DNA of 32,000 nucleotides from Xylella taiwanensis (GTDB lineage Bacteria; Pseudomonadota; Gammaproteobacteria; Xanthomonadales; Xanthomonadaceae): NCBI RefSeq assembly GCF_013177435.1, contig NZ_CP053627.1, positions 1,770,001 to 1,802,000 of the forward strand, read 5' to 3'. Shown piece by piece: positions 22,409 to 29,370 of this stretch (position 1 is its first letter; each line of letters starts with the position of its first letter). The notes under the pieces were generated by a model. It saw only the letters and a program-made list of their open reading frames with translations, ran no database searches and was not told where the DNA came from. The position numbers and the translations under genes were made by a program.

Positions 22409-22870
22409 TTAACGCAACACCACGCGACCGTTGAATACACGCACGTAAGACTTCTCAGTGACACCACCCAGATCGGCTTGGTTGATCACGATCACGCGGC
22501 CATCGTCCATGCGCACTTGGATATCATAGCTGTCTCCGGTGACGTTGTTCTGGATCGTGTTGCCCGCTAAGGCGCCGGCAGCAGCCCCGCCCAATGTGGA
22601 CAGATTTTGGTTGCCCTTACTTCCCCCAGTCTTCTTGGAAATCTGGCGCCCAGCTACTGCGCCGACAACGCCACCGATCATGGCACCGATACCCGTCGGA
22701 GCAGTGCGGTTCGACTGCACCACACTGATTCGGGTGACAACACCACAATCATTGCAACGCTGTTGGTTGTAGCCGCCGCGATACCCAGTGCCGTAGCCAA
22801 AGCCAGCGGTGCTGCAGCCAGTCACCGTAACAGTGGCAATCAGAGCAAAGGTCAGGACACGTATGTTCAT
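22409..22870 (-). CDS. Outer-membrane lipoprotein with glycine-zipper domain (17-kDa surface antigen / SlyB-like family)
   Basis: Lipobox VTVTGC. Glycine zippers GIGAMIGGVVGAVAG and LGGAAAGALAG. GGAGA lies 7 nt upstream of the ATG, and the gene has its own terminator. Confidence 0.85.
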   Translation of the reverse strand: MNIRVLTFALIATVTVTGCSTAGFGYGTGYRGGYNQQRCNDCGVVTRISVVQSNRTAPTGIGAMIGGVVGAVAGRQISKKTGGSKGNQNLSTLGGAAAGALAGNTIQNNVTGDSYDIQVRMDDGRVIVINQADLGGVTEKSYVRVFNGRVVLR

Positions 22871-24180
22871 TGTCAGTTCTCCATATCAAATAAAACGGCC
22901 TAACCGCCCAACGATCCTCCCCACAGAAAGATGAACGGAATGTAAATCAGAACAAATGTGGATGGTGACGGTTAGGTGAAGTGGCGCAAGCATCTCGAGC
23001 ACGTGTATTTGTCACGGTGGGTCGGTTCAGTCAAGCAGCGTGCGATTCGTGCATTACCTGTATCAGCAGTAGTGTAACGAGTATAACTGGCCCAGCACCA
23101 CACGCGAAACAGAACGTGATATCGGTATGATTACATCGGGTACAACATTCTTTAGTCCCATACAGCACACCCTCAATACCTTTTTTTCGCATAGATAGTC
23201 ATCTCTCCAGAAATATGGAGCAGGAAGATATAGCAAGCAGTCTTTGCAGGATTAAGCAGCAAGCTCATGCGGTGAATCGATAGATTGGCCGCTAAAACCA
23301 ATATCCGAACACACAGATGTTCTCCAGAGTAGCGGAATCGATTGAGACTGCTCCGCAGAGGGTGTAGCTCTTGGTGGAGCGGAGACCAGCCAGACACCTT
23401 AACAACTACCATGCCAATCTCAGTGGCGAGACTGTATGCACATCCAAGGTCAGAAACACCGAATTGGTGGCTCAGCACATGCTAACGAACCATCAGTCCG
23501 GTGAGCAGGATATGCTGCGGGACGCTGTCTGTCCTGAGACATGATGAGCAGTGCTCGGATTTCACAGGACTATCAAATCATTCAAATATATGTAATCACC
23601 AAAAGCGCACTCCGGTAAGCAGGTACGCCATTTATCCCCAACGCTTGATCCGTAGGCGGTGACACATGCCAGAGCCATCAATACAGGACACTTCAAACGA
23701 ACAAGAGATGAAGTGAACGGCACACATTGGCTGCAATTGGGATTGCTCTGTACACATTCGCCGAGATGTGAAGCTTTGTAGCAACGGCGTTGGGATACAA
23801 CATGTGAGTCCTATGTTGTTCAAGACACTGATCGAACACAAGCAACCTCGGAATAAAAGTTCTCCATTCAGCACTAAGTCGTGACAGGCACCCACTTAGG
23901 GATGGAGTGCTGCTGCCGCAATAAAGGACCTGTGCAGTTCCAAAGACGCTTCATGCCAACAACTGAACTGGCCAGATTGCTCAGCTCCAAAAAAACCTAA
24001 AGCCAACATGGAAAGCGGTATCGAACGATACTATGTCGCCCGCTGGGATCAAATAAGCAAGTCATAAAAAAACGTTGAAATGAGGAAATATCTCAATAGA
24101 CATGTATTAAAAACATTTAACGGGTTGGTTTGCAAAAATTTAATATCAGGATTCATAACACCCTTTAGAGGGGGAACCGA

Positions 24181-25017
24181 GTGGTAGATATACAGGACAG
24201 GGAAATAAATGATGCAATGGATAAACACTGGGGTGAGCGCTTCTCCGGTATTGATCGGCTATATGGCCTTGGCACGGTTGCAAGGCTGTCGAAGTGTCGT
24301 GTAGCAGTAATCGGCATGGGTGGAGTCGGTTCGTGGATCGTCGAGGCACTCGCACGCTCGGCTGTTGGCCACATGAATTTGATTGATGCGGACGATATCT
24401 GTATCTCCAATACCAATCGCCAGCTACCGGCACTGATAGGCCAGTACGGCCGAAACAAAGCGCATGCGATGGCTGAACGTTGCCGTGCAATTAATCCAAT
24501 GATCAACGTGTCAGCAACGGAGGTATTTTTGACAGTGGCCAACATGGAAACACTGCTAGGGCAAGATTTCAATCTGATTATTGATGCTTCCGACAGCTTT
24601 CGGATCAAAGTTGAGGCCATCGCTTGGTGTCGGCACCATAAACGACCGTTGATCACCATTGGCGCCGCCGGAGGACGTACTGAACCGACTTTAGTGCGGG
24701 TACGCGACATTTCTCGAACGGAACACGACACGATGCTCGCTTTGATCCGCAAGAAGTTGCGTAGTGAGTTCAATTTCCCTAGGAATCCGAAACGATATTT
24801 TGGTGTGCCTGCAGTATATTCGCTGGAGAATGTGAAGTATCCGCAAGCTGACGGTAGTGTATGCGGAGTGCGTCCGCCATTAAGGGCCAACGCAGCACTG
24901 AAATTAGACTGCAACGCCAGCTTGGGCGCAGCGACTCACGTCACTGGTGCATTTGCCTTCGCTGCAACCGGCAAAGCAATTGAGATGTTGCTCAAGCTAA
25001 AGAAAATAAATGCGTAA
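24181..25017 (+). CDS. tcdA: tRNA threonylcarbamoyladenosine dehydratase (ThiF/HesA-fold, TcdA/CsdL-like)
   Basis: Collinear with E. coli TcdA: RFSGIDRLYG, VIGMGGVGSW..EALARS, LID.DD.C.SNTNRQ, GAAGG, YP..DGSVC. The GTG at 24181 has GAGGGGGA 6 nt upstream. An ATG at 24217 is an alternative start. Confidence 0.85.
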   Translation: MVDIQDREINDAMDKHWGERFSGIDRLYGLGTVARLSKCRVAVIGMGGVGSWIVEALARSAVGHMNLIDADDICISNTNRQLPALIGQYGRNKAHAMAERCRAINPMINVSATEVFLTVANMETLLGQDFNLIIDASDSFRIKVEAIAWCRHHKRPLITIGAAGGRTEPTLVRVRDISRTEHDTMLALIRKKLRSEFNFPRNPKRYFGVPAVYSLENVKYPQADGSVCGVRPPLRANAALKLDCNASLGAATHVTGAFAFAATGKAIEMLLKLKKINA

Positions 25018-25194
25018 GCTGAACAAGGCTCACATGCGGGCTGTAGCCAAAACATTCCACTCAGTTTAGTCATCAGGTTCTTGGAGATTATTGCCTACTA
25101 AAGAGTGATACAACCTCACTCCACAAAAGAAAACAACCATGCATTGCGCTACATTTACTGAGGCACACCAGCGAAAACTTCAATCTCTCCATGT

Positions 25195-25431
25195 ATGAAG
25201 ACGAACATAAAACACAATCAGTTCATCACAGAGCAGGTCATCCCGATAAAAACTCAGGCTTCACACGCCGAATCTTTCATTGCCTCAATACAACATGCAT
25301 GCGTCGATGAATCACAGGGCCTCAGGAAAAACGGTGTTATTGAAAACTTCAACAACAAGTGGCGCAACCAATACCTCAATGAATACAGGTTCATATTGCT
25401 ACTGCAGTTCTTCCAAATCATTGCCAAATGA
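25195..25431 (+). mobile_element. Relic of an IS transposase (C-terminal end of a DDE/rve integrase-core domain)
   Basis: GLRKNGVIENFNNKWRNQYLNEYRF matches the conserved tail of IS3/IS481-type transposases (P..N..iE.FN.k.R.e.LNe..F). The ORF is truncated and AT-rich, and I found no inverted repeats. Confidence 0.4.
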
Positions 25432-25478
25432 CAATACGATGAGAACAAAATCTGATCAAAATAAGTAGTGATCAAATG

Positions 25479-25712
25479 TTAACCAGCACCTGAATATGCC
25501 CCACTTTGATAGGTAATGAGCCACTTAGATTTGACACATCTGGATGGGATGCGGAGATCTGTAAGAACAAGAGATACAAGCTCTTTATTTATCCTTGATT
25601 CAAAAGCTCTCTGGATGGATCGGTAACAAAACACAAGTGCAATCAAGCCAAAATACACCGCCAGCAACACGACCGCATTGCAATGAGCCGATATCGACTC
25701 ACTAAAACTCAA
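25479..25712 (-). CDS. Hypothetical 77-aa single-TM ORF (TTG start); weak candidate immunity protein
   Basis: One hydrophobic helix (AVVLLAVYFGLIALVFCY). It has only a TTG start, no SD, and the start sits inside the T-tract of the upstream hairpin. Confidence 0.2.
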   Translation of the reverse strand: MSFSESISAHCNAVVLLAVYFGLIALVFCYRSIQRAFESRINKELVSLVLTDLRIPSRCVKSKWLITYQSGAYSGAG

Positions 25713-25748
25713 GAACGAAAAAGGTCGGCAGCACTACAGCACTACCGA
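25711..25748 (-). terminator. Candidate rho-independent terminator (minus strand)
   Basis: Minus-strand sequence gtcggtagtgc-tgta-gtgctgccgac forms an 11-bp stem including 3 G-U pairs, followed by ctttttcgttctt. Confidence 0.45.
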
Positions 25749-25992
25749 CAGTCCTAACTTCTTTGGAAAGCAACGCTGAAATGCAAGGCATTATTGCGGC
25801 TTAAGCTTGGCCGCCAGATCAACTTCAATACCCATTTCAATACAAATCACTCAATACATCCACACGCAACATACTATGCAAACCAAAGGTCTGACCAAGG
25901 TTGGTGGTTCCTTTCTCACTCACACTTTAATTTGGCCTGCACTACACAAAGCGATTGAAATCCAAGTTCAGAATGCACGCGAAAACTTATAT

Positions 25993-26100
25993 TTACCAAG
26001 TCTGCCATGTAGCAGCAGATGTACACCTTGCCATCCAAACGGTGAAACTTGATGAACATTTTACTTTGCATCCAGAAATATAAAGGAGCCCAGGATTCAT
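25993..26100 (-). CDS. 35-aa Cys/Trp-rich mini-ORF with AAAGGAG 6 nt upstream; the SD and start are buried in a hairpin
   Basis: MNPGLLYISGCKVKCSSSFTVWMARCTSAATWQTW. The SD-like sequence is the left arm of the 26082..26113 stem, so the ORF may be fortuitous. Confidence 0.2.
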   Translation of the reverse strand: MNPGLLYISGCKVKCSSSFTVWMARCTSAATWQTW

Positions 26101-26113
26101 GCTGGACTCCTTT
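26072..26113 (-). terminator. Hairpin immediately after peptide gene A (terminator or attenuator)
   Basis: Minus-strand sequence aaaggagtccag-catgaatc-ctgggctccttt forms a 12-bp stem with one G-U pair, followed by atatttct. It starts 15 nt after the stop codon of peptide A. Confidence 0.45.
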
Positions 26114-26127
26114 GAGGAATTGCACAA

Positions 26128-26316
26128 TTACGATCTGAATAGCGCAACCCAGGCGCTGCCCATAAGAGCACTTGCCGTACCTACAGCCGCACCCAGCGGG
26201 CCAAAGAGTATATAGCCAACGGTCGCACCCGCAGTAACGCCAACAGCAACATTTTCAACAAACTCCATGTCGGCACCGTCGACAGATTCGATTTCGTGGA
26301 TTTCAAGTTCACGCAT
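26128..26316 (-). CDS. Bacteriocin-like precursor peptide A (62 aa): double-glycine-type leader plus glycine-zipper body
   Basis: MRELEIHEIESVDGA | DMEFVENVAVGVTAGATVGYILFGPLGAAVGTASALMGSAWVALFRS. The leader matches colicin V MRTLTLNELDSVSGG position for position. TTAAGGAG lies 12 nt upstream of the ATG. Confidence 0.7.
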   Translation of the reverse strand: MRELEIHEIESVDGADMEFVENVAVGVTAGATVGYILFGPLGAAVGTASALMGSAWVALFRS

Positions 26317-26360
26317 TGGATTACTTAACTCCTTAATATTAATAGCAGTAAGCTGATAAA

Positions 26361-26537
26361 TTAGAACAAATTCAGAATAACACCGGTGATGCCACCAACC
26401 ACTGTACCTACAACAGCGCCTGGTACATTGCCAATAAGACCACCGGCATACCCACCAGCTGAGGCACCGGTCAAGAAGGCCGAAGTCCAGCCCTGACCAT
26501 CCACTTCTACAGCTTCTTCAAACGTTAACTCTCTCAT
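26361..26537 (-). CDS. Bacteriocin-like precursor peptide B (58 aa): MREL leader plus glycine-zipper body
   Basis: The internal ATG of track ORF 26361..26597 has TTAAGGAG 7 nt upstream. Translation is MRELTFEEAVEVDGQ GWTSAFLTGASAGGYAGGLIGNVPGAVVGTVVGGITGVILNLF. It lies 44 nt upstream of peptide A on the same strand. Confidence 0.7.
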   Translation of the reverse strand: MRELTFEEAVEVDGQGWTSAFLTGASAGGYAGGLIGNVPGAVVGTVVGGITGVILNLF

Positions 26538-26693
26538 TTCTCCACTCCTTAAACATTGAAATGCACACCCCCCGTGTGCGAGGGCCGAGATATCCAACCA
26601 CCGGCTTCTTGTTTCCTCACAATGCTGCAGTCATTGGCTGAATGCAGTTCCTTCTTCAAGAGACTTATTAATATCAGCTCTTTGCGTCAATTA

Positions 26694-26709
26694 TGTGACA
26701 AATATCAAT
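26694..26709. promoter_or_regulatory. Candidate CRP/Clp-type operator half-palindrome upstream of the peptide operon
   Basis: TGTGA-caaata-TCAat matches TGTGA-N6-TCACA at 8 of 10 positions. It lies about 160 nt upstream of the peptide B ATG. Confidence 0.2.
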
Positions 26710-26800
26710 TAATTTTCGTGTCGAATTTCAAAATATATATTGCCACTTCCCCCATCGGGAATCATCTGCCTTCTTGCCATCATCTAATACGACATCGCAT

Positions 26801-27187
26801 TCATGATCCGATTTTCGCCATAAAAGTCAGCGTCAGAATAACCCCAAGGTGTCTGTATCTGATGATCCCGCTCTCCCTTTGGGTCACTTCGATAAGCGCT
26901 GTAGCATTCACAAACGACCATGCCCCTATCGTATCCATCCAAAAATGCAGTTTATTGGATATAAAAACAGCATGATTCCAATTTCTGCAGCGACTGGCCA
27001 AGTGATTTGTACTAGGAGGATCTATGTCACGTAAAGCATCCCCCTGTAAGGCAAGGGAATAGCTACGTTCAAACGGCGCAGCATAATAACCCCACAGAAG
27101 GATGAGTCAGTCCTCAAATGCCGATGCGCACAATTTATATGTGCTACTGAGATAGCCATACGTTTGGATGATGCTCGATCTGAGCAT
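26801..27187 (-). pseudogene. TGA-interrupted frame with C39/papain-like cysteine-peptidase features (tentative)
   Basis: My translation is MLRSSIIQTYGYLSSTYKLCASAFED*LILLWGYYAAPFERSYSLALQGDALRDIDPPSTNHLASRCRNWNHAVFISNKLHFWMDTIGAWSFVNATALIEVTQRESGIIRYRHLGVILTLTFMAKIGS. The in-frame TGA is at 27107-27109. The Cys / N-H-A-V-F-I / M-D-T order and the His-to-Asp spacing of 13 residues resemble C39 domains. There is no RBS. Confidence 0.25.
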
Positions 27188-27491
27188 CACATGTACGTGT
27201 TGCAAGACATTAACTGAAGCAATTAAGTCAAAATAAGTGGGATCGGCAAAATAAGATTAAAGATACAGACAGTAATGCTGGAAAAGGCCATAGGGTTATT
27301 ACCTGCCGTTGCAAAAGCATGGTTCTTGATCCCCGCTACAAAGTTCAATGTATATTCCGACTGATTTTTATCGATGAAGTCATATACAACTACTGACAGA
27401 TAAGTTGGCCGATCGATCAATGGGAACCATCTATAGGTTGCCTGCACGGTGCTGAGTGTCGCCCAGCACTGTGCACACAATGGGATTTGAG

Positions 27492-28181
27492 TCAGCGCGT
27501 TCCGTACAGAACGACGGTTTTGCCACGCGCATGCAACAGCCCATCCGCTTGCAACTTCTTCAGCACACGTCCAGCCATCTCACGCGAGCACCCAACCAGA
27601 CGCGCCAGTTCCTGGCGTGATACCCGCAACTGAGTCCCCTGAGGATGACTCATTGCCTCCGGATCGCGAGCCAGATCATGTAAGGTGCGCAAGATCCGAT
27701 CGCCCACATCCAAGAAGGCCAGACGACTGGCCTTGCGAGTAGTAAGCAATAAACGCTTGGACAATTGCATGCCTATCGCATACAAAATCCGCGGCGCATC
27801 ACTCACTAGGCTTCCCTGCAACAGTTGGTGCAAACGCTCATAACTCACCTCAGCCAATTCACACTGAGTCCGGGTACGCAAGATGACTTCACGAGCATCC
27901 GATTCAATGAACAAACCCATCTCACCCACAAACTCGCCTGCTCCGAAATAGCCAAGGACCAACTCTCGATGATTGTCTTCCTCCGCAATGATACTGATCG
28001 ACCCACTGATGACGTAGTAAAGCGTTCCAGCAGGGTCACCCGGGCGGAACACATCCGTTCGGTTGGGGTAGCGGCGTCGATGACTGTGAGCCAAGAAGCG
28101 CTCGATCGCCGCATTGTCGAGAGCTAAAGGCGGAGTAGCGTTACGTACCGTTGTCACACTCGTAGTGTTCCCTATAGTCAT
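27492..28181 (-). CDS. clp: CRP-like global regulator Clp (cNMP-binding domain plus HTH)
   Basis: From Met38 of the track ORF: MTIGNTTSVTTVRNATPPL...FLAHSHRRRYP...TLYYVISGS..., with the HTH RQELARLVGCSREMAGRVLKKL and the ending GKTVVLYGTR. This is essentially collinear with Xanthomonas Clp (about 230 aa). Confidence 0.9.
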   Translation of the reverse strand: MTIGNTTSVTTVRNATPPLALDNAAIERFLAHSHRRRYPNRTDVFRPGDPAGTLYYVISGSISIIAEEDNHRELVLGYFGAGEFVGEMGLFIESDAREVILRTRTQCELAEVSYERLHQLLQGSLVSDAPRILYAIGMQLSKRLLLTTRKASRLAFLDVGDRILRTLHDLARDPEAMSHPQGTQLRVSRQELARLVGCSREMAGRVLKKLQADGLLHARGKTVVLYGTR

Positions 28182-28322
28182 ATTAGGTCCGCATTCCAAT
28201 CCGGATAAGCTTAGCGGTCTTTCTTGCCATGCGTAAACCATCGCTGGCAATGGCATTTCGCTGCTGAGAACTTTGCCGCATAATTTCTTCATTCTCTAGT
28301 CTCTCATCTGGGATAGACCACC

Positions 28323-29117
28323 GTGGTCAAGCCATTGCCTCGTCTGAGGTTGCAAGGATTCAACAACCTCACCAAGGCGCTGAGCTTCAACATCTACGAC
28401 GTGTGCTATGCACGCACTGAAGAGGAGCGCCAGCGTTACATCGATTATATTGACGAACGCTATGACGCTGACCGTCTGACTCAGATCTTAACCGACGTGG
28501 CCGAGATTATCGGGGCTAATATCCTCAATATCGCCCGACAAGACTACGACCCCCAGGGAGCCTCAGTGACCATTCTGATCTCCGAAGAGCCTGTGATCGA
28601 TAAAAAGCAAGCCGGCAAAGAGTTGATCTCCGATGCAGTGGTCGCACACATGGATAAGAGTCATATCACGGTTCATACCTATCCCGAGACCCATCCACAG
28701 GAGGGAATCGCGACTTTTCGTGCGGATATCGACGTAGCAACCTGCGGGGTCATCTCCCCACTCAAAGCCCTCAACTACTTGATCGAAAGCTTGGAATCGG
28801 ACATCGTGATCATGGATTACCGTGTGCGTGGCTTCACGCGTGACGTGAAGGGAAAGAAGCATTTCATTGACCACAAGATCAATTCGATCCAAAACTTTCT
28901 TTCCAAAAACATCAAGTCACGCTACGAAATGTTCGATGTGAACGTCTACCAGGAGAATATCTTTCACACGAAAATGCATTTGAAAGACTTCGATCTGGAT
29001 CAATATCTGTTTGAAGAAAAGGCCAGAAATCTTTCATTCAAGGAACGCATGAAAATCGAAGCATTGCTCAAACGTGAGATTGAGGAACTATTTCACGGAC
29101 GCAATTTAGTCGAATAA
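28323..29117 (+). CDS. speD: S-adenosylmethionine decarboxylase proenzyme (E. coli-type, class 1B)
   Basis: Collinear with E. coli SpeD: [21 protein letters not shown], the self-processing site [14 protein letters not shown], and [16 protein letters not shown] start. Confidence 0.95.
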   Translation: MVKPLPRLRLQGFNNLTKALSFNIYDVCYARTEEERQRYIDYIDERYDADRLTQILTDVAEIIGANILNIARQDYDPQGASVTILISEEPVIDKKQAGKELISDAVVAHMDKSHITVHTYPETHPQEGIATFRADIDVATCGVISPLKALNYLIESLESDIVIMDYRVRGFTRDVKGKKHFIDHKINSIQNFLSKNIKSRYEMFDVNVYQENIFHTKMHLKDFDLDQYLFEEKARNLSFKERMKIEALLKREIEELFHGRNLVE

Positions 29118-29370
29118 GTGTTTGAAGACTTCGTGACAACCGTGACGAAACTTACTCGGCATATAAGCTATACAAAGAAGCTTTTAACCTGTGGAAGAGG
29201 TAAATCATCGAGTCAATGCGAAGCGCATCGGTACCCTCCTACGTCCATCTACGAGACCTATCGAACATAAGGGGGAACAAGATTAAGTCGCTTCATTAAG
29301 CTGAAAGAGCTTTAACCAATATATGATCAAGCGGAAAAAGACTAATGTGCATACCAGTCACGATCCAAAC

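Noticed and set aside
24165-24914. 249-aa minus-strand ORF, the longest unexplained ORF in the track
   Set aside because: It is entirely antisense to tcdA. The tcdA translation is collinear with E. coli TcdA, including the GMGGVGS nucleotide-binding motif, whereas the antisense product is Ser/Arg-rich with no recognisable motif. I read it as a shadow ORF.
25916-26125. 69-aa minus-strand ORF immediately after peptide A, considered as an immunity gene
   Set aside because: It has a GTG start with no SD. The 5' end is occupied by the 26082-26113 hairpin, and the product is not hydrophobic, unlike known microcin immunity proteins.
26556-26975. 139-aa plus-strand ORF across the peptide B leader region
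   Set aside because: It lies antisense to the peptide B start and to the C39-like frame, in AT-rich DNA. It has no RBS and an implausible Cys/Ser/Ile-rich composition.
27024-27062. 12-codon mini-ORF (MSRKASPCKARE) behind a strong TAGGAGGA Shine-Dalgarno-like sequence
   Set aside because: It is too short, has no supporting context, lies antisense to the C39-like frame, and has only a 4-nt spacer. It is most likely a chance SD-like purine run.
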